From the NCBI RefSeq assembly GCF_009914755.1, contig NC_060927.1: 64,000 bases of DNA; one strand, 5' to 3'. The number at the start of each line of letters is the position of its first letter. Position 1 is the stretch's first letter. Positions 1-32,127 of this stretch are shown here, in pieces. A program made the translations under genes and the position numbers. The stretch is from the human T2T-CHM13v2.0 reference genome, Homo sapiens. The notes beneath the pieces are model-generated. The model ran no database searches. It was not told the origin of the DNA and was given only the letters and a program-made list of their open reading frames with translations.

Positions 1-434
<434 letters not shown>

Positions 435-467
435 AAAAAAATAATTTTTTTAAAAGGACTCCAGGCA

Positions 468-1253
<786 letters not shown>

Positions 1254-2437
1254 TTACATGTTCTTCAGGCAAAAGGTGGTTAACTAACACTCAAAGTCTC
1301 ATTGTGACCCTCCCTTCTGCTCCCTGCCCCAGCATTAGTAGCTGGGACCTCTCCACAGAAGCACAGATCCAAAGGCCACAGGGCCCCTCCCTGAGCACAG
1401 ACACTATGTCAGCCCAGCAGTCCACTCCTCCACCATAGGTCTGAGTTCAGCTCCACAAGGTCCCTCTTCCAATCTCCCACCTTTCAACAATTCTAGCCAC
1501 GTCTCTTTGTTCCTGCTTTGCACTTTGCTCCACATGAGGTGGGATCAATAAACTACCATCACTCAAAACTGGTTCGGATGTTGAAACTGATGACACTGCA
1601 GACACCAAGAGGTTATGAAAAAGTTTACTACTCACATGAGGCCTTCTAGGGAAAGCAAAGCGGGCACCCACGCCAGTCTGTTGGGCTTCAGTGAAAGGAC
1701 GAACAAGTGGCTCTGGTTTTTGTTGTGGTTATGAGAGCTCAGTGCATTTGACAGTCAGGGTTTGCACAGTTTGAACTTCCCCTCTGACGCAAAGAGGAAG
1801 TGGCTGGGCTTTCTTATCAGCTTGTCCAGATCCAGGCAAACTGAGGGGGAGAGCTTGAATGCTATTAGCAGACAAACGTCAAACATGGGGAGACTCTATT
1901 CTAGCTCCCCCAGTCCTGGGGTGGCAGCTGCTTAGCAGTTGCTACCTCCAAGACACCTTGGCATTTTCTTCTTGCCTTTTTAGCTACTTAAATATAGTAC
2001 ACTTCTTTATAAGGTCTTTGCTAAAATAACTGGTGTGGTTTCTGGCAACTAAAACCTGGCTGATATAAAATCTCCTTGCTGTTCTTAGCAGGGTTAACAT
2101 TAACTTTAAAAGGTGTGGTAGCTGGCATACAAGTATTTACTCTCCTTTTCCTCATCTAATAAAGTAGAATGAAAAACATCTCCATCTTCTGGATCCCATT
2201 TCTTCATTAAAATTATGAGTTTACAGCTTCTGGCTTCACTTGTTATTTATTAAGCAAAATTAAGGAGATTTAGGCAAGGAGGAGCTTATAATTTCCTATA
2301 AAGTGCATGTCTTGGTGACTGTGCGTCAGTATATAGAGAACATCCTCATTTTTAAAAAAACTGTGGCCTGGTATTTCATCATAGATGTACTAGAGTTACT
2401 TAAGCGTTCGTTTACTAATAGCCATTTGTATTGCTCC

Positions 2438-3367
<930 letters not shown>

Positions 3368-5277
3368 CTCCCAATTTTTGCAGGTGAGGAAATGGAAGCC
3401 TTGAAAGATTAGGTGGCTCACTCTAAGTAACATCATGTACCTGGCAGGGATTTCTATAAAGTCATAAGATGTCAGAGACTATGCTTAAGAAATATTTTTA
3501 CTTTGAAACACTTTAAGCAAACAGTTAAAAAGTACCCACCACACTACCCTGTTAAAATCTTAACATTGTGATGCCTCTGCATCAATTTTTAGAAAAAAAC
3601 AAAGAAAACACAACTGAAGGCCCCATGTACCCTCCCCAAATCCATCAGGTCTCCTGCCTTAGGAAGGCAGAATGGTGACTTGCACACATCGTTCCAATAC
3701 ATGATTTTATACTCATTTCATATTATTTGAATCCACAGAAAATAGATTACTGTGCAAAACAATAACACTTTCTATATGTCCACAAGGCTTACATGCTAGA
3801 CACTATTCTAAGCATTTTACATGCATTACTTCATTGACCACCCCCCCACCCACAATCACCCTGTGAGATTGCCACTACTATCCCATTTTACAGAAAAAGT
3901 GAAAAACAAGTTGAAGTAACGTGCCCACAGGTACACAGTATGCTTAACTTTACACTAAGGGTACCTTGTATGTAGCTTCACCAACTTTCTCAGCATAATT
4001 TTTCATCTATCTGTGTTGAGACGTAACTCTTTCATATTCACTTTCCAAGGACCAAAAACAACCCATTTATTTATCCATTCTTCTGCTGATGAAATGCAGG
4101 CTTTTCCCAATCTTGCTACCTAAACAATACTTCAGTGAAGTCTTAAAATCATTCTCTGTTCACATGGCACTTCTCTAGGATGCATCCAGGAGTAGTTGCT
4201 GGGTGGTTAAGTGCACACAACCTTCCAAGATTTTGCAAATTGCCTGGCACAATATTTCTCACAATTTCTACTCATAAAGCAGTGTGAATTATCGTTGTTC
4301 CACGCACTTACCCACACTTGGGCTTTCAAAAATGTGCCAGCTTTCTGAGTGTGAGATGGTCTGTATTATTTTACATTTCAGTCAGTCTTGGTCAGCAGGG
4401 GTGGGGCAGACCACACTGAACAGGTGACAGAAAGACCTTCAAATACCCACTCCAGCCATCTGGCTCTCCTCAACCCCAACTTCAGTTCCTCCAAGGGAGT
4501 GGGGGAAAGGTGGGAAGGGTTGGAAGGAAACTGAATGTTCTCCAGGCCAGGATGAGATGCAAGATGAGACCTGGTGCTCAGGGCAATCAGAAACTGTCAA
4601 CTGAAGCCAAACAGCTCAGAACCACCCACAGCCGGGTTCCTAACCAGCAGGTGTGTGTTTGTGGGTGGCTTCCAGTCAACATTTCACCCCACAGCCCCTT
4701 AAAAAAAACCCAACCCTGACTCAGCCAAACTAAATTCAGCTTCAGATTCCTTAACAGAGGTAATTTTGTGCAAGATATTTTCTGCATGGCAAACAGATAA
4801 ATAAGCACCCAACCCTGGCTTCCAGAGTGCTTGGTCTGGCTATGGAGATGGGCATAACCAAAAACACAAACATCACCTGACATAGGAACCAAGAGAGGTG
4901 GGGCCACGGGTTTAGAGGCACAAGGGTCAGACAAGGTCAGGCCTTGAAGAATGAAGAGCTGAACTGGCAGAGAGAGGGGTGTGGCACTCCAGGTGAAGGG
5001 AGGCAGCACAAGGCAGAACACTCTGGGGGGCTGGCATGGGGAAGGGACAGGAAAGCCAAATCCAACATTGATTCTGCCAAAATCTTTAGTAGTTAGCACC
5101 AAGTAGTCAGGCTTCTACTTTTTTTCCTTTCAGCTAATCTGAATTCATTAATATTTATATAATTATAGTACTTATAGAACTAAAATTATTTGAAAACTCA
5201 GGTTATTGGACAAATAGGTTCAGTATAATCCCAAATATAAACAGCTTACTTCAGGATAAAATAATTTCTGTTCTTTT

Positions 5278-5623
<346 letters not shown>

Positions 5624-5695
5624 TCATTCTTTGCACATTTTAAAATTTGATTAGAATGTTTAGAAATAAGCACATTTCATTCTATAAAAATGACA

Positions 5696-5987
<292 letters not shown>

Positions 5988-7399
5988 ACAGTAAAAATAT
6001 CCCTATACTGGGGCAGGAACTTTACAAGCAAGGTATCCTGTGGCAAAGGGAGCAGAGATGGGGGGAAAGGGGTGCTAAAAGTTTGATTGGAAAGGGACTT
6101 TTCCATGGTTACAACACCAACTGACATGGAAGCTGCACCTCTGAGAGGGCCCTGGTCCTAGAGGTCAACCACTTGATGGAGAGCCTTGGTAAACCAAGCC
6201 CTCTTTCACCAATCTCAGGAATCAGGTAGCACAGCCAAGCACTCTAACTTCACACATAAGGAAACTGATGCAGAGGTTCATTGACTTGCTCAAGATCAAT
6301 CCTGCCAAGAAAAGGCACACCATGCCTGGAACCCAGATCTGATGACTCCAAGACCCTTCCTATGACTCTGGCCCCCCTGCCCAGCCACTTCTAGTGCCAG
6401 TTTTGGGACAGTGAAGGGACATCTTCAGTGCCATGAACAGCTGCTGCCGTAGGAAGGCAAGAGGATGGCAGAACCAAGATGACCAAACCTTCCTGAGGAC
6501 AAAGCTGAACAGGCATCAGAACACCAACAGGAGACTTCTGCCCCGCCCCCACCATCCTGTGACACCACCACACAATATCAGAGCCTTCATTTTCACCTGC
6601 TCATGGCAATCCAGAGCAGGTAAGATTATTCCATACTCTACTGAAAAAGACATCTTCCAGGTTGGTTTCTTCTCATTTCAAGAAATGACCAGCTCCATGA
6701 ACGGGCCCCTATAGTCAGGACACTGCTCTACTATTAAAACATTTTATCCTTTCATTCATAATCTGACCTCTTCAATAATCAGAAGCAATGATTACTCACA
6801 TGCTTTAGCAATATCACTCCTTTGCCTTTAAGTAATTGATTCTTGCTTTTTGCTTCAACACAAGTGGGTGGGCCAGTGAGGGAGCTCCTCCCAGAACAGG
6901 CTGCCTTTTCTCCTGAGAGCAGCAGGCACATGCACTTGTTCCTTCGGGTTGAATCTGATTGCTAGCACCAGATCTCATACATGGAGAGGGGTATGTGAAG
7001 CTGAGAGGGGCCTGCAGTGTGCAGGGGCTAGAGACATGAACACAACAATGGTAAGCGTTTATATCTGCTGAGGCCGAGGATCCTATAGAAAATTCAGAAA
7101 CGGAGTGGGGAGGAGTCTGATTTATGGGAACTGGCAGCAAGGCTAACTGCATGAGAAGCCTTTCACCCTTTTACTGAGTCCTTGGATCTGTGGTTAACCC
7201 TTATAAAATATAATTCAGATTCAAACCACATCACTCCTCAACTCAAAATTGTCCAAAAGCTCCCTGCCTCCCTCTGAGCCAGCTCAAGCCCCCGTAATGA
7301 CCCATGATGCTCATATGGCCGGGCCTGTGGCCTCCCTGGCCCCTCTCCTTCCCTTCCAGCTGGCTCCCTGCACTCCATCCCAGGGGCTTCCTTCCTGAG

Positions 7400-7757
7400 G
7401 ACACCAGTCAAGACCCAATCTCCTCTGCCTGCAACTCTCCCTAGAGAGCTACCTGCTACCTCCCTGGCTTCCTTCACGTCTTTGCTCACATTTCACCTTC
7501 TCAGTTGAGGCCCTCCCTGACCAGACTATCTAAAATCACGACTGATCTCCCAATCCAGCACTCCCTCTGCTCTTCTCTGATTCACTTTGTCCACTACACA
7601 CATCACCATCCAGAATACTGCGTATCCCATTTGTTTGTCATCTGTAAAGATCCAAGATGGCAGGATTTTCATCTGTTCTGGTCCCTGCTGGGTCTCTGGC
7701 AAACACACCAGCGCCTGGTGTATGGGAGTGCTCAGCACATTTCTGTTAAACAGATGG
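7400..7757 (+). mobile_element. L2 3' end remnant
   Basis: CCTTCTCAGTTGAGGCCCTCCCTGACC...GTGCTCAGCACATTTCTGTTAAACAGATG. Confidence 0.6.
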
Positions 7758-8417
7758 ACCGCTGCTGCCTATGCAGGCCTGTGGGATGGGGATGGCAACA
7801 GGGTACTGGTAGAGATCCACACGCCAAGCGCTTGAGCCCAGCATCCTGCTCTCCTCCACCTGCCGCTGAGACCACTCTAACCCCCTAGCAGATATCCAAA
7901 AGCCAGCCAGGAAGGCTGAAGCCCCAGCCAGAACTCCCCAGGGGGCATTTGGGAAGGCTAGGAGTTCTTGATGCTGCTGCTTTTAAAGTCAACAGAATAG
8001 GCATGGCCACAGGCCAAACTTGAAGACAAATCTAGGATCCCACTGGCCCCTTTCCAGCAGCCATAGCCCATGATGCCACAGATATTCTGTCCAACCACAA
8101 AGGGCAGTGGTCTCTCTCTTCAGAGTTGTGGAAGGAGACCTGAATAGGGGAGCCGCAGGCTATGGTGCAGAGGCCACTCCTAGGGGCCGGAGTCTCCAGA
8201 AGGGCTCCAAAGGACATGGTGCTGCACTTCCCCAGCGTCACATCCTAGCAGGCAGGCTGGGGACTCCCCGAGCTTTCAAATCCTTGGGATTCTGTCACTA
8301 GCTTCCAAAACAGAAAGGGCTGGGCCCTTTATCAAAGTTACTCCACAATGCCTATAATTAAGGGTTCTCTAGCAGGGGACTGAGAACCCACCCCCACTGT
8401 CACTGTCAGGTCCCAGG

Positions 8418-17394
<8,977 letters not shown>

Positions 17395-17978
17395 CACTCC
17401 TGTTCAGGGACTAACCAGAAGAGTGCGAACCAAGTCCACCTTAGACGTGGGTCCTCAGAAGTATCTTCTCAGCAGTCAACAATGCCAACATTTGCTGGGA
17501 CATCAGAAGTCATCAGCAAGTGACTGAAATTACCAGCATTTCTGTGCAGGAGGGGATGAGAGAATAATGTCCATTATACATGGTGCAGTTGGATTCTGCT
17601 GGTTGGGATCATCTTTGTATATATAAGAAGAGCGTTTGCACAAAGGTATATGCCAGTATCAAGTAGACCAGAGCTAGGCTGTCCCCTATTGGAGTAAGCT
17701 AAGAAAATACCCCACAATAAAACATATACTGAACTTATACATTAAAACTTCGTAAAAAACACAAAGGGATGATGAAAAAAGTCAGAGAAGATCTAAATAA
17801 ATGAACAGACATACCGTATGCATGTACTGGAAGATGTGACACAGTAAAGATGTAAATTCTCTCCACATTTATCTACAGGTCTAATGCAAATCCTACCAAA
17901 ATCTCAACAAGATTTTTTGTAGACATAGATAAATTTATGTGGAAAGGCAATGGAATTAGAATAGCTAAAATTATGACA

Positions 17979-20246
<2,268 letters not shown>

Positions 20247-20281
20247 CTAGGATGAGGCAAATAGTTCTTACGCCTGATACC

Positions 20282-21138
20282 TGTGATATTATAATATATA
20301 TATACACATTGGTTTTTATCCATGGTTCATGGCTCCTAACTCCCATAGCCCTTATTTCCCAAGTGACTAAAACAATAAGCATATCTTCTGTTAAATTATT
20401 TGGGCTTTGTCCTTGATTCCCAAAGCAGCTTTGGAACTTCAGAGTGATAAAGGTAAGACAGCCTTTTGTTATAATATTGGTGCGTTTTAGGCCTCAGAAG
20501 CAGGGCTCAGAAAATAGAACACCTCTCTCTGACCTTTTCTTCCCCTCCTTTCACCTGCTCCTTTTTCTCCCCAAGGCAGGCCACAGAAACTAAAAATATA
20601 TAGTCATCTTCCCCCTTTTCTGTCTTTCTGCTGGCCGTAAATTCTCTGACCTATTGTATCGGATTGTAGGTCATAAGATGCCCATTTCAGGAGTCCTGCC
20701 TCATACTCAGTAAGCAGAAATGCTGCGGAGAGGCCAAGAAGAATTTGAACTGACAGCCTGAATGTCCCCACTCAGTCTATTAATATGAGATCAAACTCTT
20801 TTTGTCCAGTCACGTTTTACATGGTTGTCCATGCTTCAATCATGCTTATCCAATGAAGTCTCCATAAAAGGTCCAAGAGGATGGGGTAAAGAGAGCTATG
20901 GACAACTGCACTTGTGGAGGCTTGCAGGAAAGTGAACAAGAACTCATCCATGTGCCAGGATAGTGGCACATCCCATCTCCACAGGAAGAAAAGCTCCTGC
21001 ACCCAGAACACTGCCAGACCTCCCCCTGTGTATCTCTTCATCTAGTTGTTTATTGTATCGTTTACAACATCCTTTATAATAAATTGATAAATGTGTTTCC
21101 CTGAGTTTTGTGAGCTGCTCTGCCAAATAAATTGAGCA
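20282..21138 (+). mobile_element. MER21/MER4-group LTR
   Basis: TGTGATATTATAATAT...GGTTCATGGCTCCTAACTCC start and ATAATAAA...GTGTTTCCCTGAGTTTTGTGAGCTGCTC end resemble recalled MER21 consensus. Confidence 0.6.
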
Positions 21139-22024
21139 ATACAATCAGAAAATTAATCAACAAAATAAAACACCCAGAAATAAAGCTAATAAAAAATGTA
21201 CAAGATCTTAAAAGATAAACATAAGACATAATAGACCTGAATAAATCTTAAGTATGGAAAGACAAATCTTTTCATGATGACAATTCTTCCTAAGGTAATG
21301 TGTGGTTAATAAAATCCCAACCAAATTCCACCATCTCTTCTTAGGGCTTGATAAGCATATTCTAAAATTCAAGCAAATGACTAAAAGGCCAAGAATAGCC
21401 AAGATAACTTTTTAGCGGTGAAAATATTTGTTCTACCTGATATTAAGGCTTACTATAAAGCTACATTAATGAAAACACTGAGTATTACTGAAGGAATACG
21501 CAAATAGTAGATGGAAGAAACAGTACATACAGAATCCTGACATGGGCTTATGCATACATATATATTTGGTCTATGATAGAGGCAGCATTAGAAATCAGTG
21601 GGAAAGATTAGACTATTCAATGAATTGCATTGGGACAACTGGCTAGCCAAATTTAAATAACAAATAAAACCACACACTAAAAAAATGAATTCTAGTTAAA
21701 GATTTACAATAAAAAGGCACATTCTTCATGCCCCAGGAACTTTCCTTCTAAGAATCTACTGTGAGAGCTAGGTGTGGTGGCTCACACCTGTAATTCTAGC
21801 ACTTTAGGAGGCCAATATGGGAGGATCACTTGAGCCCAGGAATTCAAGACCAGCTTGGGCAACACAGCAAGACTCCGTTTCTATTGAAAAATGAAATAAA
21901 GTAAGAATCTACCCTGGAAAAATAGATGCACGGTATATAGACATTTACATGAGTGTACACTAGAGCACTCTGTAACATAACATTGAAAACAACCTACTTG
22001 CCCAACAATAGGCCTAAAGAAAAG

Positions 22025-22695
22025 TGAAACCGCCTTTGCAAAATTATGACTTAGACAGCGAAAGAGATCTAACTTAACTGACTCCATCTTGCTTCTAGCC
22101 TCCAAGCTGTCTTTGTTCATTCCTGGGTACGGATGGAACTAACTTTGGGAGAAACTAATAGTTTAAACATAGAGATTAACAACCCTTTCCCAAAGCAGAT
22201 CTCCTTCTTGCCTGGGGACTAGATTGCCTTTGTAGGACTAACATTAGCCATAAGATTAGAAATTATGGTTTAGGAGTCATGTAGCTGGAAGCTACAAGAT
22301 TCTGACCCTCCCTAACTGCTCCTAAGATCAATGCCTGAGATATTTTGCAGACCCTGCACTTGATGGATTAGCTGGCACAACCCAGATCAATAAACTGGCT
22401 CATCTGAGCTTGTGGCCCCCCACCCAGGAACTGACTTAGCACAAGACAGCTGCAACTCCCTGTGATTTCATCTCTGACCAATCAGCACTCCTGGCTCACT
22501 GGCTTCCCCCCATCCACCAAGTTATCCTTAAAAACTCTGCTCCCTGAATGCCTGGGGAGACTGATTTGAGTAATACAACTCTGGTCTCCCGCACAGCCAG
22601 TTCTGTGTGAATTACTTTCTCTATTGCAATTCCCCTGTCTTGATGAATCAGCTCTGTCTAAGCAGCAGGCAAAGTTTACTCCTTGGGCGGTTACA
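22025..22695 (+). mobile_element. 5' LTR (LTR8)
   Basis: TGAAACCGCCTTTGCAAAATTATGAC...GGGCGGTTACA, TG...CA ends, matches recalled LTR8 consensus. Confidence 0.85.
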
Positions 22696-22699
22696 AATT

Positions 22700-22717
22700 T
22701 GGGGGCTTGTCCAGGAC
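22700..22717 (+). other. Primer-binding site, tRNA-Pro
   Basis: TGGGGGCTTGTCCAGGAC versus canonical Pro PBS TGGGGGCTCGTCCGGGAT; two of the three differences are CpG transitions. Confidence 0.8.
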
Positions 22718-24728
22718 TGCCCTTGTAGCTACCTGCCCATGGTTCAGTGGCCCCCCTCCAGCGATGGATCCAGAAGCCAGCCCAAGCAGCCACCTAGTTC
22801 TTTTGGAACTGGGGGCTGATTCTGGTACTCTCTCTACTGGCGGGGCACTGCTGACCCCATGTGCACAGATTTAATAGCAATGGAGAAATAGTCCTGGGGG
22901 GACATCCCTTAACTGTAGCCCTACCACAGGGTGTCTGTCTGTAGCCCCACTGCAGAGTGTCTGCATTGGTGAGTATCCTAGGTGCTGCCAATGCCTCCTT
23001 CCTTCTCCCAGCAGCTTCTGTAGCCCTATGGTGTGGTGTCTGTAGCCCCATTACGGGGTGTCTGTTTGTAGCTCTACCATGGGGTGTCTGTGTCTGTAGC
23101 ACCACTGCTGGGTGTCTGTTTGGCTCCTGAAGTGCTCCTTCTAACCAGGAGGAAGAGTCCTGGTTTGGAAGACTTCTACTCAATCAGGAAGATTTCGAGG
23201 AGGTTTCTCAGACCGAGAATAGCTTGGTTAGGGATCTGATTTAGAAGGCTGTCTGTCTCATCTTTGCATGTGTTTATGTGGAAGGGATCTCAGAGGGGTT
23301 GCTGATGGAAGTCCAGCAGGCCTAACTCAAAGAACCTTCCTTATTTGTCTGGTGACATTCGATGAGCTCTAAAGAAGACTCAACGCTCAACAGGTCTGTC
23401 TCTTGGGGTGACTATCTGCTCTTCCCCTTGCCCAGAGACCCCATTGTGAATTAACATTCATAGGTTGTCCTTTCCCACCTGGTATGGATCAAAGACAACA
23501 GGGACCAATGGGAAAAAGTTTGAGCTTCGTCAGGTTGACTTTGGGTGCTGAACAAGGTGACTAATGTTTGTTTTGTTATGTGTGTTTTGCTGGGATAGAA
23601 AATGTTAATTCGGTTCCCCATGCAGCCTGTTGGGCAAATTAAGAATATTGCCTATGTTTCATAAAACAGGAAAGAGTGACTTTCTCTTGTAAAGCGGCTT
23701 GAACCCCACAGCTATGGCGCAGTGAGCAGGGTCATCAGAACCTGCTCCATTCTTCTGGAAGATGCAGAGAAAGGGAGCCCAGAAACCTGGTATACCGGCA
23801 AAAAAGGGTAAGAAATGCTTACCAGCCAAGTTTCTGGTCTCTCTCTCTCTCTCTGTCTGGGTAAATGGTAAATGTCACTATTTGTCTCTCTGCAAGGGTT
23901 TAATAGAAACTAGTCTTTGGTGGTAGCAAACCTGGTGTACTTTGTGCTAAGAATTTGTCTGTGTTCTGTAATGGAGAAAGGACTATCACAGATAGAACGT
24001 GGGTTTAGGACCCCTATAAGTCCACTTTTCAAGCCAGCCTAGCAGGCTGGACAGTTACTTTGCTACGGGTCTCTGAAACCAATATTGTATGAAATTTCTT
24101 TGTCTTGTTTTCTGTCCTCAAGAGCTTAACCTTGTGACAATGTAGGGATACTTTCTCTTGGTTTCCGCCATCCAGAGGACAGGAATTTTGAGGCTCATGT
24201 CATAGGTAGCCCTAAAAATTATCTTGAGTAGTTAAACACCTTTGCAAGCTTGAAATTGGCTTCTCTAGCCTCCTTCTGGGAAGAACAGTAGAAACCGCTC
24301 ATTGCTCTAACTCAGTAGCTAAGGCTTTGCTTTTCGACAATGGCAGCCTGGATTCTATTCTTGGCTTCCAGAATGATTCCTGTCTGGTTTTTTATTTATG
24401 TAACTTTGCCATTTATTGAGGTTCCCCACCCACCCATGGATAGTTTCTGATTTCCTATCTTGAATTTTCCTTTCTCTAAACCACCCTGGGGGAGATTCTA
24501 AATCTTGAAAAAAAAAGAAAAAAAAAAGAAACTGCTTACCATCTCTTTGAGACACCTGTGTGTCCATGGCTAAGTTACAACATTAGTGAAAACTGATTAA
24601 TTTCATGTGGGAAGTTACCTGTGGTAAAATTCAAAAGCCAAAAATATTGGCCACTTGGTATGGCTAAAGTTGGGTAATAAAAAAATTTTGAAGAATTTTT
24701 TTTAAGAGTGCTATGGTTAAAAGCTTAA

Positions 24729-27841
<3,113 letters not shown>

Positions 27842-30081
27842 TTAATTAATGTTAAAAGATAATAAAAGGGTCTTGTTTTCTCCTTTGGGTAAATGGCAGG
27901 GAAAAAATGGAGAGAAGAGAGATTCAGTTGGCCTCAAGCTATCTTCACTGGGTCTTCTTTGGAAAGCTAAGTCTCCTCTATCAGAGTAAAGGTTTTTCTT
28001 TTTTAAAAAAAATTTTTTTTGGAGTTATCATTTTGGCCAAAGAATGATTTATGGTGACCTGGGATTCTATTTTGTGATATACAGTGTTTTAAACCTTTGC
28101 TACTTGACAAACTTTCCAAAATCAAATTATAAATTATGTCTCTTTCTAACCTAATATTTTAGATATTAGGTCCTCTAAAGTCCAAAAATGACATTTGGCT
28201 TATTTGGTGCAAAAATCATACAGGAAGCATTGTCAAATATGAAATGGTGTTTGGCTTTCTTTGGTCTACATTTGTGTAAATGTGTTATTAGTATATGTTA
28301 TGAAATTATGTAAAACCCTTATAATTCTAATATGACTCAGTATATGTTATCAGTAATAATTATAATTATGTTAACACACTGTATGCCATGGAGGTGGCAA
28401 ATTTCCTTGTCAATCGTGTCTTTAACTGTGGCTGCCCTAAAATGCTTTTGTCATCCACGGACAATTGTCTCATTTTGGTCCTCTTTAAAAGATGGTTTTA
28501 TAAGCAGGTATAAAATTTAACAGGTGCTCTTAAATGCAGGATTCTGATTAATTAACTCTGGAGATTGTAACATTAGAATAAACACTTTCAAATAGATGAA
28601 TGGTGTTTGGTTTACTTTGGACTGTATTTGTTTAAATATGTTATCAGTATGTGTTCCAAAATTATGGGAAACTTCTATAATGTTGACATAATTTAGTGTA
28701 CATTATTATAATTGTTATGTAAAATTGCTGTATGCCACAGAAGTAACCAAAATTCCTAGTCAATTGTAGCTTTCATAGTGGCTATACATTTTTGTCATCC
28801 ACAGGTATTTTGTCTTGCTTTGGTCCTTTTCAAAAGGCAGTTTATAATCAGATATAGGACTCTAAGTGCCAGTCTCAGATAACTTTAAAAATTGTGCTAT
28901 TGGAATAGAGAATAAAACAAGCTTCTAGGACTCTCACGGAAAGCTAATGTGTTAAACATTGCTAAACGTTTTGTTTTCAGAGTTAAGAGAACTTATTTCT
29001 TTAGAGCTATTTGCAACTTTTAACAAGTAAAATATAATCCTGTGAACAAAATTTGGAGCATATTTGTTCCTTTCTACCTGATTTATCCAGAATTTGGAAA
29101 CTATATGTGAATATTCTCAATTTATGGCAGTATAGTTCATTGCTTTAGTGCAATAAGAATCTGTTTTCTTTTGTAACAGGACACAGCTGGAGAAATCATG
29201 CTTCCTTTAAAGAATCAAAGTTGACTTATAGAGCCAATTAAAGCCTGTTGGGGAATCTGGCCTCATACCTTGTCCACACAGAGTCTCTGTACAAGCTCCC
29301 TGACAACCCGTGGTAAGTAAAGAATGTCACTTGCTAACAGGCCCAGGAACCCCAAGTTATCTTGGGACCTCAAGAGGAGAGAAATTTGCCCAACTCATAG
29401 GTATTTGAGAGTACAAATCCACAGCTGGGCTCAGCTTTTAAAAAGTCTTATCTGAGATTCTTCATGGAACAGAGTTCTATCAAAACCAACTTAAAAAGCC
29501 TAAGTGAAAAATAATTATTCTTGCTGCACTTTATGCAAATAATCAGGCCAAGCACAGTAAGGCTAAAGTTTATTTTGTAAACAAATCAGTCCTATCATGA
29601 TTTGTTTTTAACAAAAATGGGGATTGGAGAGAGAAAATTATGCTTCAAAAGAAAAACTATAGTACAATATTGTAGCTGTTCTTGAGGGTTTTTTTCTGCA
29701 GTTTAAACAAAATTCTAAATTCTTTGTGGGTTAGAAGTCCCCAAACTAATACTTTCAAATCTTTGCTTTTAAAATTGGGAATTGTACTCCTCATCCTAGG
29801 ACTCATTATTTACCTTATAGTAGGCTGTTTCACTTAAATACTGCAGTAAAATTACAGATGAAAATACTAATGTTCTAGCCATGCAAGCCATGAACGCCTG
29901 GCCAAGCCTGCGTGAGTACACTCAGACAGTTGCAAAGCAGTTCCACTCTTCTCACGCTGGGGTTCACTCCCATTCCCACTATGTCCCCTGTCAGGAGGAA
30001 GAAGCCAGAGCAATCAACAGCCTTTTCCCACCTTCATAACCTACACCTTATTAAGGTGTTATAAAATCCAAAGGGAGGGAC

Positions 30082-30784
30082 TGAAACTGTCATTGCAAAA
30101 TTATGACTGAGACAGTGAAAGAGATCTAACTTAACTAACTCCATCTTGCTTCTAACCTCCAAGCTGTCCTTGTTCATTCCTGGGCACAGGCTGAACTAAC
30201 TTTGGGAGAAACTTACAGTTTATAGTTTAAATAAAGACAGTAACAGATCTTTCCCAAAGCAGATCTCCTTCTTGCCTGGAGACTAGATTGCCTTTGCGGG
30301 ACTAACATCAGCCACAAGATTAGAAATTATGGTTTAGGAGTCATGCAGCTGGAGGTTACAAGATTCTGACCCTCCCTAAACTGCTCCTAAGATCAGTGCT
30401 TGAGGTATTTTGCAGCCCCTGCACTTGATGGATTAGCTGGCACAACCCAGATCAATAAACTGGCTCATCTGATCTTGTGGCCCGCCCCCACCCCTCCACC
30501 CCCTCCCCCCGAGGAGCTGACTCAGCACAAGACGACAGCTGTGACTCGCTATGATTTCATCTCTGACCAATCAGCACTCCTGGCTCACTGGCTTCCCCCA
30601 ACCCACCAAGTTATCCTTAAAAACTTTGCTCCGCAAATGCTGGGGGAGACTGCTTTGAGTAATAATAAAACCCCAGTCTCCCACACAGCCGGCTCTGCGT
30701 GAATTACTCTTTCTCTATTGCAATTCCCATCTTGAATCAGCTCTGTCTAGGCAGCAGGCAAGGTGAACCTCTTGGGAGGTTATA
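30082..30784 (+). mobile_element. 3' LTR (LTR8)
   Basis: Direct repeat of 22025-22695 (6 mismatches in the first ~60 nt). Confidence 0.85.
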
Positions 30785-31309
30785 AAAGTGTAGCATTTGG
30801 CCAGGTGCAGTGACTCATGCCTGTAATTCCAGTATTTTGGGAGGATAGTGAGAGTCTGTCTCAAAAAAAAAAAAAAAAAGCATTTTATAGGATGAAATAC
30901 TCACACACCTAAAAGGAATGTACTAGAATTGTTATACATCAACATAACTGCTTTACTGTACACCAGGTGATAAGGCTCTGTAGCCAAAGTTACAAGGCAA
31001 CTAGGTGTCACCCAAGGAAGAGACAGTGTATGACTTGAGGTCACTGAGAAAAGACACCACCCCCACCAAGCTCAAGAGGTACAATGTTTACTTATGGAGA
31101 TGGAGGGTTCACAAGATCCAGCCACTTGCAATGTGTTGGTCCCTCGTGGCCAGCAGAACCACTCCACAGTCTACACAGGTGGTGTGTGTATACACGCTTC
31201 ATATTGCAGTAGAAAGACCTTAACCCCTCCTCTGTGCGGTCTGAAATGAAGAAAGATAGGAACATGCATGACGGCTGCTGATTCATGCACTCAGAAACAG
31301 AACAAAGGA

Positions 31310-32127
<818 letters not shown>

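Noticed and set aside
22915-23120. Short interspaced repeats superficially like a CRISPR array
   Set aside because: Degenerate, irregular units in an ERV leader within mammalian DNA; no unique spacers or cas genes
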